Below the pieces are notes generated by a model, which searched no databases, had not been told where the DNA came from, and saw nothing but the letters and a program-made list of their open reading frames with translations. A stretch of 64,000 nucleotides of DNA from Pristiophorus japonicus (taxonomy: Eukaryota), in NCBI RefSeq assembly GCF_044704955.1, contig NC_091999.1, forward strand, positions 19,592,001-19,656,000, given 5' to 3'. The stretch's first letter is position 1, and each line of letters opens with the position of its first letter. Positions 1-12,291 of the stretch are shown here, piece after piece. The translations under genes and the position numbers were made by a program.

Positions 1-494
1 ATAGTCCACTCCTAAATCCATCATGTGGAATGCAGTCTGAGAAAATATGGAGTTCATGTTGTCTCAGAGAGTTCAGTAACATGCAGTTTGCAAGTGTGTA
101 TATAGAGATCGGGAATGTGTTGGAATTAGTGACCGTTTTAACTTTTTCAAATTAATTTAAGTAAAAATAACATATTCGTCTAAATGTCTGTAACTATTAC
201 TATGATTCATAATATTTTAATATTGGTAAGTGCCATGTTAATTTAACTGAAACCGTAATTGATCACAAGTTAACAGTTAGAAACATGATTAAAATGAATA
301 ACAACTAATTGTATTATAATTCAGATAACATCAATGTTCTCTTAAAATATAATATCAGTGCAAATTTATTGAACATAAACGACCTTTCACAACTGAGTTG
401 TACACTGGATAGGATTACAGTTACTGCAAAATTTCACGGGTTGGAGAGAATGTTAAATTATGTCGAAAATGAATTTAGAAAACAATACATATCT

Positions 495-2024
495 TACTGA
501 TGAAATGCATCCCAGGGTATTGAAAGAGATGGCGGAAGTTATAGCAGATGCATTCGTTATAATCGACCAAAATTCTCTGGAAACTGGGGAGGTATCATCG
601 GATTGGAAAGCAGTAAATGTAACGCCTCTGTTTAAAAAAGGGGCAACAAAAGGCAGGTAACTATAGGCCAGTTAGTTTAACATCTGTAGTGGGGAAAATG
701 CTTGAAGATATCATTAAGGAAGAAATAGCGGGACATCTAGATAGGAATAGTGCAATCAAGCAGATGCAACATGGATTCGTGAAGGGGAAATCATGTTTAA
801 CTAAATTAGTGGAATTCTTTGAGGATATAATGAGCATGGTGGATAGAGGTGTAATGATGGATGTGGTGTATTTGGATTTCCAAAAGGCATTCGATAAGGT
901 GCCACACAAAACGTTACTGCAGAAGGTAAAGGTACGCGGAGTTAGAGGAAATGTATTAGCATGGATAGAGAATTGGCTAACTAACAGAAAGCAGAGAGTC
1001 CGGATAAATGGGTCCTTTTTAGGTTGTTAATCGGTGGTTAGTGGTGTGCCGCAGGGATCGGTGCTGAGACCACAACTGTTTATAATATACATAGATGAAC
1101 TGGAAGAGGGAACAGAGTGAAGTATAACAACATTTGCAGATGACACAAAGATTAGTGGGAAAGCGGGTTGTGGAGAGGACACAGAGAGGCTGCAAACAGA
1201 TTTAGATAGGTTTAGCAAATGGGCTAAGGTTTGGAAGATGGAATACAATGTCGGAAACTGTGAGGTCATCCACCTTGGAAAAAACACAGTAAAAGGGAAT
1301 ATTATTTGAATGGGGAGAAATTACAACATGCTGCGGTACAGAGGGACCTGGGGATCCTTGTGCATGAATCCCAAAAAATTAGTTTGCAGGTGCAGCATGC
1401 AATCAGGAAGGCGAAAGGAATGTTGGCCTTCATTGCGAGAGGGATGGAGTACAAAAGCAGGGAGGTCCTGCTGCAACTGTACAGGGTATTGGTGAGTAAG
1501 GATATACTAGCTTTGGAGGGGGTACAGAGACGATTCACTAGGCTGATTCCGGAGATGAGAGGGTTAACTTATGATAATCGATTGAGTAGATGGGTTTTTC
1601 CTCGTTCGAGTTCAGAAGGATGAGGGGTGATCTTATAGAAACATTTAAAATAATGAAAGGGATAGACAAGATAGATGCAGAGAGGTTGTTTCCATTGGTC
1701 GGGGCGACTAGAACTAGGGGGCACAACCTCAAAATACGGGGGAGCCAATTTAAAACCGAGTTGAGAAGGAATTTCTTCCAGAGGGTTGTGAATCTGTCGA
1801 ATTTTCTGCCCAAGGAAGCAGTTGAGGTTAGCTCATTGAATGTATTCAAATCACAGATAGATAGGTTTTTAACCAATAAGGGAATTAGGGTTATGGGGAG
1901 CGGGCGGGTAAGAGGAGCTGAGTCCATGGCCAGATCAGCCATGATCTTGTTGAATGGAGGAGCAGGCTCGAGGAGCTATATGGCCTACTCCTGTTTCTAA
2001 TTCCTATGTTCTTATTATGTTATG
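495..2024 (+). mobile_element. CR1 LINE, 5'-truncated ORF2 (RT) plus 3' UTR, decayed
   Basis: Fragments HPRVLKE, QHGFVKGKSCLT, YLDFQKAFDKVPH, FADDTK and GDLIETFKIMKG, broken by stops and frameshifts; ends in a TTCCTATGTTCTTATTATGTTATG tail. Confidence 0.93.
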
Positions 2025-2669
2025 AAATTCAGTCTTACTTAGTCGTGCTCAGGTCCATAATGTGTCGCCACAGGTTTTAATGATCGACACATCGATGATT
2101 TTGCAGGTTATATTTAGTTATCAACTTATAATAAACTTGTGGGTAATCGGTTTTAAATGTAAATGTCTCCCGATTTGTGAAAATCTGATATAATTTTTTC
2201 AGGGAAATTAAATCTTCCACGGTTTGTGAGGTTATAGACAGGGAGAAAGAAACGACTGGAAGTCGAAGCGACTTTTTCCAAATTAATATCATTTTAATTT
2301 CAAAGCACGTGCAGACTTGAGATGGGCGCAAATTGAGAAGAGATCAATTAGAAATCAGTTTAATAAATTTGACAGAGCGAACCGATCTATCTGCTGAGAA
2401 CACGATTGTTGCACCGGTTGTGCCTGCTCTGTTTTTTTGCGTCTATGTTTCTGTGTGAAAATCAGGAGTCCTCCTAACTGGTTGTAAACCTGCCTCCTGT
2501 GTTTCATGCAGTACAATTTGTCTCAGTTATTTCAGAAGCTTTTATCTGTAAGAATTACGATAGTTTCAATTTAAGTTTGAGGGGGCAACTCGGAAATGGA
2601 TTCAATGTGTGATATTCAGAATAAACAGTTCCAAAACACTTCGGGCAAACTATAGAATGAGCTTTAATC

Positions 2670-2945
2670 GGTTCCTAACCCGTGCCGTACCTGCCATTGG
2701 TGTTGTTCACTGTGCAATGTAGAGAGGGCTTCTATATCTAATCCGTGCTGTAACTGTCGCGTGTGTTTTTGATGGGACAGTGTGGAGGAAGAATTTACTA
2801 TAACGCGTCTTGTACTTGCCCTGGGAGTGTTTGATGGGAAAGCGTACGGGGAGCTTTACTCTGTGTTTATCCCGTGCATTACCTGCTCTGGGAGTATCTG
2901 ATGGGACAGTGTACAGGGAGCTTTACTCTGTATTTAACCTCACCA
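2670..2945. repeat. Degenerate ~65-bp tandem repeat (CCTGGGAGTGTTTGATGGGACAGTGTAGAGGGAGCTTTACTCTGT...)
   Basis: About 4 diverged units; a reverse-oriented relative lies at ~13095-13200. Confidence 0.75.
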
Positions 2946-3794
2946 GGAGTGTTTCTAGAATTGGCTTTGCTCAGAATGTATCTCTTGCTAGACTTGACCA
3001 TAGAGCGCTGCAAAGGGAGTTTTAATCTCTATTATATGTACTTTAACAGACCTGAGAGTGATTTTTCCAGTGTTGTTCAAGGAATGTCAATCTGCATCAA
3101 AATTATAAAGTGTGAGTTCTCGAGACAGATATATAAAAATAAAACGTGCCATTGCTCCAAAGAAACAACCCCGCACTGTTTGAATTTAACCTTATTGCAA
3201 AAGAAACCTGCCCAATTTTTAATGAATTAGTCCATTTTAAACATTTTGAGTATCAGAAAATGATTGAATGAGAGTGGCCTGATCGTGAGCTCACTTTCAG
3301 AGCAAACAGTTTCAGGACGTGATTGTAACGTTCCAGAAGGCAGCACCTCTTCTGGTCTGATGGAAGGCTGGAAGCTATTTGGAAAATTTAAATGGTGAAT
3401 ATCGAGACTTCCGCTTCAAATAACCATCATGGGAACCTTGTGTGTGAAAGCATTATTTAGGTAAAATGCATTTTTTTAAGTTACAACGGGGCAAACTCGG
3501 TTGAGATGCATCTATTTAAGTGGGTCACAACACACGCCACACAGTTACTGACCTGCACTTATCTGATACATTTAAAGAGGTATAGTGAGCTTTGATGAGT
3601 TGTCATTTACAATATTCTTTCAGGCAGTGTGATGGTTTCCACCTGAATCCTTTGCGTCAACTTCCTCAGGCCCTTTATTTATAATTTCCTCTTGCATTAT
3701 AACAAACAATTAACATAGATCTGATAGAGGTGTTCAATATTATAAATCGTTTCCTCCAATTTAATCTGGGAGAATTAATTCAGCTGAGTGAAGT

Positions 3795-4820
3795 AGAATC
3801 ATAGAATCATCGTAGACATTTACAGTACAGAAGAAGGCCATTTTGGCTTTCCAGTTATCCAGCTGAAACTCGCTTTCCAGCTCTTGGTCCGTGCCCTGCA
3901 TGTTACTTCACTTCAAGTGCACACCCAAGCACCCGTTAAATCTGATTTGGGCGTCTGCCTCCAGCACTCTTTCAAGCAAGGAGGTCCAGACCCCCACCAC
4001 CCTCTGGGTGAAGAAATTTCCCTGATACCTCCGCTAAATCGCTTACCAGTTCCGTTAAATCGATGTCCACTTTGTTGTTCATCCCTCTGCCAAGGGAAAT
4101 AGGTCCTTCCTTATCCACGTTATCTCGGCCCCTCATAATTATATGCACCACAATAAGATCACCCCTCCGTCTCCGCTGTTCCAAGGAAAACAAACCCAGC
4201 CTATTCAATCTTTTCTCAAAGCTAAAACTTTCCAGACTGGGCAACATACTCGTAAGCCCCTTCTCTACACTTGTTGAAGCGTAACCCCCCTGCTCTTGTA
4301 TTCTATCCTTGAGTAATAAAGGCAAGCATTCCGTATGCCTAGCTGTCCTGCTACCTTGAAGTATCTGTGCACCTGCAATCTAAGGTCCCTTTGTTCCTCC
4401 ACACTTCCCGGTGTCTTGCCATTTAATATTTATTCCCTTGCCTTGTTTGCCCTCCGCAAATGCATGATCTCACACTTCTACGGATTGAAATCCATTTGCC
4501 ACTTTTCTGCGCATCTTACCAGTTCATTGATATGCTCCTCCAGTCTACAGAATTTTTGTTCATTATCAAGCACGCCTATTTTAATATCATCTGCAAAGGT
4601 ATAAATCATATTTCCTACATTCAAGTCCAAATCGTTGATATATATCACAAAATGCAAGGGACCTGCGGAATTCCACTGAAACAGCCTTCCAGTCTCCCAA
4701 AAACCCAGCAAACATTACCCTTTCCTTCATGCCTCTGACACAATGTGGGATCCAATTTGCCACTTTGCCCTGGATATCATGGAGTTTTATTTTTGCAATC
4801 AGTCTGTCATATGGGAACTA
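3795..4820 (-). mobile_element. CR1 LINE 3' fragment
   Basis: TAGAATCATAGAATCAT tail; minus-strand LGLFSLEQRRRRGDLI and YINDLD..FADDIKIG. Confidence 0.88.
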
Positions 4821-5920
4821 AGAATCTCAGAGCATAGAATCTTTGGCCCGCTTTGTCTGTACTGGCTCTGAAATAGCTGTCCAAAATCCATTCCCAGCTT
4901 TTTCCTCGTAACACTCCAAATGAGTTCTCTACAAGTACACGTCCAGTTGCCTAATGAATTCCAGAAATTGCAACACTTTCTTTGAAAAAAAAACTAATTT
5001 CCCCTGTAGATCCTTTGCCAATTATTTTAAAGCTGTGTCCTTTTGTTACCAACCTCGCCAGAGGAAATCATTACTCCTTACTTACTGTGACAAAACCTCT
5101 CACAATTTCAAACTCCTCTGTAAGGTCACCCCTTTAACCTTATCTCCTGTAAGGAACATTCCTGGCTTTTCGAATGTATCCACATAACTAAAGTCTCTCA
5201 TCCCTGCTACCATCATTGTTAACCTCTTCTCTACCTACTTCAAGGCCTAGTTATCCTTCCTAAATTGTGGTGGTCAGAATTGTATACACTACTTCATCTA
5301 TGCCTAACCAATGATTTGTAACGGTTTAGCATGACTTCCATCTTTCTGTATTCAATGGCCGTATTACAAAGCCAATTATCCCATATACATTCTAGCTGTG
5401 TAATCAAATTGTGCGGTCACATTCAACGATATGTGAATAGGCACCCCAGGTCTCTCTGCTCTTGCACTACCTCAAAATAGTACCAGTTAGATTATATTTC
5501 ATCTCCCTGTTACTTATGTGCATTAAATTGCATCAGCCACATTTCTGCCTATTTCCTCCTGAAGTTCACTGCTATCCTGCTCACTAGTTACTCCGTTGCC
5601 AAGTGTTGCATTATCCACAAACTTGAAGAGTATGCTCCCTATAAATAAGTCCAGGTAATGTATATATAATGTAAGAAAAGCACTGGTCATAATAAATACC
5701 CATGGGCGACCCCATTTCACTCCAGTCAGAAAAAAAATTCGTAACCACTACTCTCTTTCTTCTCTCCTTCAGAAAATTAAGTACCTAGGTTACCACTATC
5801 CCTTTAATCCCATATGTTCCTTTTTCCCAAATAATTCTTTTATGAGATACTTGATGAAGTGCTACTTGAAAGTCTATACTTCCACGATCTGCCATCCTCC
5901 CCCCTCTTTGTTACTTCCCA
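4820..5920 (-). mobile_element. Older CR1 LINE 3' fragment
   Basis: CATAGAATC-type tail; minus-strand degenerate RT motif LYIHYLD...KFVDNATLG. Confidence 0.7.
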
Positions 5921-6529
5921 CTTAAGGCCGAGCTTCCAGTATCAGACCAATACGCCGCAGCTGTTTGAGTAATCTGCACAAACCGGAAGCAAACTTTACC
6001 CAAATTAGCAGTAAGCACGTTAGTTACTCTTAGTCCTTCCGTGTGTAGATGCCACTGATAAACAATCGATGTATAATTCTAAAGGATTGCCAATATTTGA
6101 TATTTAGAGCAGAAACCTATCGTGATGTTTAGATTATTTTAGTAACAAACAGCAACAATAATCGACTGTAACGACCCAGAAAGCAACACTTGTTATCCTT
6201 GGCGGGAGGTTGGAGAACTATTTGGAAAATTGAAATGGACCGTTTAAAGTGCATCGCTCCATATAATCAACTTTTGGATTTGTATGGAATTCTGTAAATT
6301 TAGTTGAACGAATGGGAGGAGGAAGGTCAGGAGACATCCAATCTGTAGCAAGGGATAGAGTACAAATCACATCGCATCGCACTTCCTCCAATTCTGAGAA
6401 GGAAAGAAATCGATTCGAATAAATCTAATTTCATCTGAAGCTTGACTCTTTGAAATCATGCTGTGCAAAAGTTCCCTGTTCAAAAATATGGTCTGAATTG
6501 TTCACTTCAATTTAAAAGAGACTTCAACC

Positions 6530-6920
6530 ATTTAATGTAAACGTCCTTTATTGTCATGGGAACAAAGAAGATTTTTATGAGGTCTAATAGACAGGTGTTG
6601 GAATTATGTTGGGTTTTATGAAGAGATTCGGGAAACATATTTCCCAGGTTAGTGAATTGGTGAGTCAAAAGCAGAGTTTGAAAATAAGCAGTAATAGAAT
6701 ACATGGAGAGGTTTTATTCTATTACTCTACACTGGGGACTGTTTGGACATGGGATGTTCTATTAGAAAGATGGATGCATTCAGAATCCATAATAGCTTGA
6801 TAAAATTGAACTATCATGAAGAGGATTGGGAATTGAAAGGAGAACAGGATTGGTGGAGATTTCTTTTAAAGGCCTGAAGGGACCGAATAGGCTCCTTCTG
6901 TGATGTAAAATTTTATTATC
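6530..6920 (+). mobile_element. Degenerate CR1 3' UTR fragment
   Basis: GGCCTGAAGGGACCGAATAGGCTCCTTCTGTG resembles the CR1 3' hairpin seen in other copies in this window. Confidence 0.55.
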
Positions 6921-7027
6921 TTATAATTCTGGGTCATGCTTCACAAACATGCCGGCATCTAGCTGTATGAGTTGTGCGCTTAGGAGAACTAACCCTGCCG
7001 CTATTGAAACAAGTGTGTCTCCTGAAA

Positions 7028-7400
7028 ACAACAACTTGCATTTATATATTGCCTTTAACCTAGTAAAACGTCCCAAGATGATTCATAGGGGCGTAAGCAG
7101 TTACAATCTAGCATTCTGACACAGAATGCGATATCAATGTTTCATCAGTATGGCCGTTAGTGATTCTGAGAGTGGACCAAATTCTTGCCTAGATGGTAAG
7201 TTTTAATGCAGCATCGTAAAATGCAGAGATGGCAACATTTTGCTCTCATAGAATGGTCTTCTTCTGTGCTGATAATAAGAAGCTGATAGCAAAAGGATGT
7301 AGGGAGGAACTCGGTGCACAGGATATGAACGAATCTAATCTTAAAATGGTTGGAGATTGAGGGAAGTGTTCCATAAAAAGAGATCAAGAGCTGGAGGAAG
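7028..7400 (-). mobile_element. L2-type LINE 3' fragment
   Basis: AACAACAACTTGCATTTATATATTGCCTTTAAC end, shared with the L2 copy at ~53725. Confidence 0.55.
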
Positions 7401-7676
7401 TCCCCGATACCATATTCTGGCATTCCCTCGGTACAAAGGCGTCTCCTGGACAATATGCCCATTTAAGACTCGTGACATTTCTTATGTAAAAGACTGGAGT
7501 AACATGGAGGCGTTTCACATCAGGTCACGCAACCCACAGCAACTGAAATGCTGATTTAGGTTTTGATCAGCAAATAATGGAATTAGTTCATTCTGCAGTC
7601 AAATTTCGCGATACTTGGTTACCTTATAAGCACTGCTTACAGAGTCTAACTTGTCCAATTGGCCATTCTTTCCCAG

Positions 7677-7976
7677 CGACACCTTCTGCACCAATACTCT
7701 ACGGCCTGCTCTCCTCCTGTGAACAACCCAACATCGACTGCCCATTCACCTACGGGTGTTTGGCAATGGATTACTCCCCGGAAATCACCAGCCTTTCTTG
7801 GAGGAAAGATAAAGAGCAAATCACCACTGGATTGAAGACCTACCCGTGACTGCTCAATAAGAAGGGAGCCTACAGCCTGAGCAGCCAGTTAACCATCACC
7901 GAGTCAGAGATGGGGAGCAGCACAATCAACTGCGAGGTTCGACGAAATGGGTCAGTCTGGAACTTCAAAATACCAG
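7677..7976 (+). pseudogene. IGHM: IgM heavy chain CH1 exon with premature stop
   Basis: Acceptor tctttcccag|, phase 1. Translates [99 protein letters not shown], matching shark Cmu1 as I recall it ([49 protein letters not shown]). In-frame TGA at 7847-7849; no clean GT donor at the expected end. Confidence 0.93.
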
Positions 7977-7994
7977 TCGAGTGTTTTGCGATAC

Positions 7995-9770
7995 AGGGAT
8001 GCAAATTGTGATAAGCAGTGAAGTTATATTGTTTTCTATACAACTTGCTTAAACCAGACTTATAGTGCACAGTTCTGGTCTCCATGTCACACTTAGTGCA
8101 CTGTGCACAGTTCTGGTCTCCGTATCACACTTGGAGTACTGCGCCTAATTCAGTTCTTCATATCACACTTGGAGAATTATGCTCAGTTCTGGTCGCCATA
8201 TCACACTGAGTGTACAGATTACAGGTCTGATCTCCATATCACATTTGGAGCACTGTGCTCAGTTCTTGTCCCCATATCGCTCTGAGTGCATGATTACAGG
8301 TCTGGTCTCCATATCACATTTGGAGCACTGTGCCCAGTTCTGGTGCCCATATCACTCTGAGTGTACTGATTACAGGTTTGTCTCCATGTCACACTTACCG
8401 TACTGATTACAGTCTTGTCTCCATGTGACACAGAGTACTGTGCACAGTTCTAGTTTCCAGATCACATTTACTACTACTACGCAGACCTTCGTGACGAAGA
8501 TGACGCTCTTCACAGCAAAGAAGATGGGCTCAAAGCTGTTACAATGAGTTGTAATTTAAAGAGTGGAAGATGCCTGCGCGTTGATTGTTTAAGGTGTGGT
8601 GAGAGTTGCACACCAGCCACCACACGGGCTTGACAGAGCCAGGTCTTGGTCCAGTGGCAAGGATTAACCAAGACAACAGCAGACCAAGCACTGTTGCGCC
8701 TCCCTTGGGCTCCGATCCTGCTGTTGTTAAATGCTGCACTACAACTCCTCTGTTATTCTGTGCTGCGCCTCTCCTGGGACACGTCGCCACTGTTGTTATA
8801 CTCTGCATCGCTCGTGGGCCACGACTTTGACGGTATAAAAGCTGCACCGCTCCTGTGCCACGACCCCTCTGATGTTCTATGCGGTGCAGCTCTTGAGCCC
8901 CACCTGCTCTGATGGTATATATGCCGTGTTGCATCTGGGGCACGATTCCGCCGTTGTTAAATCCTGTGCATTCCTCGCTGGTCTTAATCTCCACCACCCG
9001 ATGCTATCCAACGCCGGTCCCCCTGGGCTCGAACACCACTCCAAGCTGGGCTAGAACTCTGCCCACCACTGGGTTCGAACACCGCCCCTCACAGGGCATG
9101 CAACGCCACCCCTCGTTCAGCAACTATCGCTGCCTGTCGCTGGGCTTGACTCCCGCCCGCCCGCTGGGCTCGACCGTTGCCCCCCGCTGGGCTCGAACGC
9201 CCCACTCTCTGGGCTCGACCACACATTTAGAGCACTGTACAAAGCTCTAATCTCCATATCATATTTACTGTAATGTGCATACTGCTGGTTTCCAAATTAT
9301 AAGAATGATACAGAGGCGCTGGAGAAGTGCACCAAAAAGACCTCTAAGTACGAAAGCACACCTGAAAGATTGTAACTGACAAAAGTTATTGCACCGGGAG
9401 CAGCTCTTTTCTTTAGAAAAGGGAAGGCTGAGGGTTGGGCGATTAGAGGTCTTTAAAATTATGAAGAGGTTTGAAATGTTAGAAGTAGCGAACATATTTC
9501 TGCTTGAGGAGGAGCGCGGTACTCAGGGCTGTGTAAGATAATCGCCAATAAATCCAATTGTGAAATCAGGAGAAACTTATTTACCCAGGGAGTTGGTAGG
9601 CTGTGGATGTTGCTTCCACATGGAGTACTTGAGGCGACTAGCTTAGATGCATTTCAGAGGGATCAACATAAGTACACGAGTGAGAGGATGTAGGGAGAAA
9701 GAAGGCTCATTGGGTCATAAACACCGACCTTGTTGGGCCAAATGGTCTGTTTCTGCGTTGTAGATTCTAT
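7995..9770 (+). mobile_element. CR1 3' fragment with internal tandem reiteration of the LEHCAQFWSP-coding segment (~8060-8470)
   Basis: Repeated CACATTTGGAGCACTGTGCCCAGTTCTGGTCTCCATAT units; the CR1 3' region resumes after 9222 and ends TAGATTCTATG. Confidence 0.75.
8471..9221 (-). mobile_element. Non-autonomous RTE-related SINE-like element
   Basis: (TAC)n tail on the + strand; target-site duplication CACATTTA at 8463-8470 and 9222-9229; core shared with copies at 32043, 38337, 48645 and 55112. Confidence 0.8.
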
Positions 9771-9844
9771 GTTAAAAATCGGTTTACAATTCTTAATTAT
9801 TTGGATTGCAACAAATAATCCCAATAAAATATATTTTCTTGCAG

Positions 9845-10156
9845 ATCGTGTGGTACATCATCCAAGTGTTTTCCTTACCCTGATTTCATTTGAAGAAATC
9901 TCCAGAAGCAGATCTGCAACAGTCGTGTGTTCACTCATCGATTTCCGTCCAAGGGAAGTGACAGTGAATTGGCTGAGAAATGGACAAGTCATGGATTCGG
10001 ACATCGTCACCTCTCCTGTCTTTGAAGTTAACAGGAACTTCTCAATGACCAGTCGGCTAATAGTTCCCGCCGAAGAATGGTTCGCACGCTTGGTCTATAC
10101 CTCCCACTTTTCTCATCAAGGGTTCACCCAAAGCCGAAACATTACCAGGTCTCACG
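9845..10156 (+). pseudogene. IGHM: IgM heavy chain CH2 exon (open frame, second Ig cysteine lost)
   Basis: Acceptor ttttcttgcag|, donor |gtaaga. [58 protein letters not shown]...[33 protein letters not shown] matches shark Cmu2; YTC has become YTS. Confidence 0.93.
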
Positions 10157-10544
10157 GTAAGAGATACAATCCCGTGAATTTCCAGATCATTCTGAGCGCG
10201 GATCTCAGTTAGTGCTTTTCGAGGAATTATTAAAAAGCACAGAATTATTTCTCATTTCCAATCATACAGTTTTTGCTTCCTTTCAGTGTAAGTCCTGACT
10301 GTGGATACTTCATGGTTCATGACTCCATCACTTCACCAAAGGTTGCCCTTTGCTCTGATGCCAGACTGTGGGCGAGGTTCCCTTAGTTTCAGCTTAATCC
10401 TGCGTTGCCTGATCATATCCAAAGCGACAGTAGGTGCCTGCAATCCATTGGTGGTAACTTTCTCAGGGCCCACTGCTAGAAAGGGCATCTGCCCTATTTA
10501 GAATACTGTGTTCAGTTCTGGGCACTGCACCTCAGGATCGAGTG

Positions 10545-11410
10545 AAGAACGTAAACTCACACGTTAACATACTGACACAGTACACATACCCAAAACATAA
10601 TGCACACCATCATTGTCAGACCCAGTTATTGGCACACTCTGAATCATTGAAAAATAGCAAAGACACACACATCCTTGCAAAAACACACACAAGAAAAAGC
10701 ATTAACACACAAACACGTACACCGGCGTTAACACACAAAAACATACACAAAGCACACACAAACACAAATTCTTAGATTCAAATATACACATTTACACATG
10801 AATGGAGAAACGCTTGCAACTAAACATACACAAACACTTACACATACACATGAACAAATGTTCACAAAACATATATACACTTAATCATAAATACATACAA
10901 TTACACGTGAACACACACACTTAAACAGAATCACAGACATTTATACATTAACAGACTACACACTTACACATTAGCACACAAAGACTGACATATAAACATA
11001 CACAAACTTACAAAACTACAGGCAAACACACTTACACAAAAACATGCACACACACTTATAATTCAAGGCACTGACACAAAAACACACATAATTACACAGA
11101 AACACACTTACACATAAACTTACACACATCTACAGGCATCTACATAATTACACACATCTAAACATATACAAGCACACTTCAATGCACTTACAAAAAAAAC
11201 GCATAATTACACGTAAACTTACACATAAGCTTGCACACATCTACACACATCTACAGAAACACAAATACTTAAACATATACACACACACACTTAAACAAAA
11301 CACACGCAGACACACACTTACACGTTAACACACACATTAACATGCAAAGACAGGCGACATTAAAACAAGATCTCGTCATGCAATCATACGCAAACATTAA
11401 ACGCAGAAAA
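10545..11410. repeat. CA-rich low-complexity tract
   Basis: Degenerate (CA)n / ACACAT runs. Confidence 0.85.
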
Positions 11411-12014
11411 TTATAGAATTAAAATAAACTTTTGAACAGCCAGAGTCTCCAAAGATTGCTCTGAACAAATAATTCATGATACCATACACTCTCACATTTC
11501 TTTATTGTGGTCCCATACGTACATTGAATAAATGTTCTTGTTGGAAACTGATACAAGTCAATTATGTTCAGTGCATTGCGGTAACAAACAATTAATCAAG
11601 ATTATAACTCATAACTGGTCTCGGATTCAGCCTCCTTGATCGTCTCCAAAAAACAGGTGCCTAAATCTATCGTTAAATTAATCAATATCAGTCAGTTAAC
11701 ATTCCTTGACATTTCCACATATTATTCCGAATGATAGATCGTCCGATATTGATGCAAAATCAATTAGCATGTGGCATTGAAGAAAAAATGACATATTTTC
11801 AAACACGGACTATAGGAAGATCATAAAGGAAGAGCAACTGTGGAGTTATGAACAGAGATAGATTGCTGAAAGTAATTAACTTAATACAAGACATACGTTG
11901 AATATTATGTTAGAGAACAAAGTAATACCTTAAGGTAAACAAAAGAGAATATATTTTTTTAAATCTTGGCTTAATAAACGATCTGAATTTGTTTCCACCT
12001 CTTGTTTCCTGCAG

Positions 12015-12142
12015 ATTCCTCAGACCTCATCTGGAGTGAAGACTATGAGGACGACAGCGGCAACAGGTCGACAACCACTTCCATATTTTTCATCCTGTTC
12101 TTCCTGAGCATTTTCTACAGTGCTGCAGTCACTAGACTGAAG
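12015..12142 (+). pseudogene. IGHM: IgM transmembrane exon TM1
   Basis: Acceptor tgtttcctgcag|, phase 1. DSSDLIWSEDYEDDSGNRSTTTSIFFILFFLSIFYSAAVTRLK has an acidic spacer and a CART-like F..LF.LS..YS motif; donor is GC (aag|gcgaga). Confidence 0.92.
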
Positions 12143-12282
12143 GCGAGAAGATTCAATCCAATCATAACTCGCACTGATTGAAGCGGTTTGATAAATATCT
12201 AAACATTTCATTGATACAAACCCTGAAATAAAGGCCTCAAACCACTAAATCAAAGTTTCACTGTTTTATCCCTCTTTTACAG

Positions 12283-12291
12283 GTCAAGTGA
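12283..12291 (+). pseudogene. IGHM: IgM TM2 exon coding part (VK-stop)
   Basis: ccctcttttacag|GTC AAG TGA completes the canonical KVK cytoplasmic tail; AATAAA at 12335-12340 and 12515-12520. Confidence 0.88.

Noticed and set aside
1-7676. VH, D or JH segments belonging to the IgM cluster
   Set aside because: I found no WGxG-coding segment with an upstream nonamer-spacer-heptamer by eye; they probably lie upstream of the window.
7999-8006. Octamer ATGCAAAT just 3' of CH1
   Set aside because: Lies at the edge of a CR1 fragment and is likely chance.
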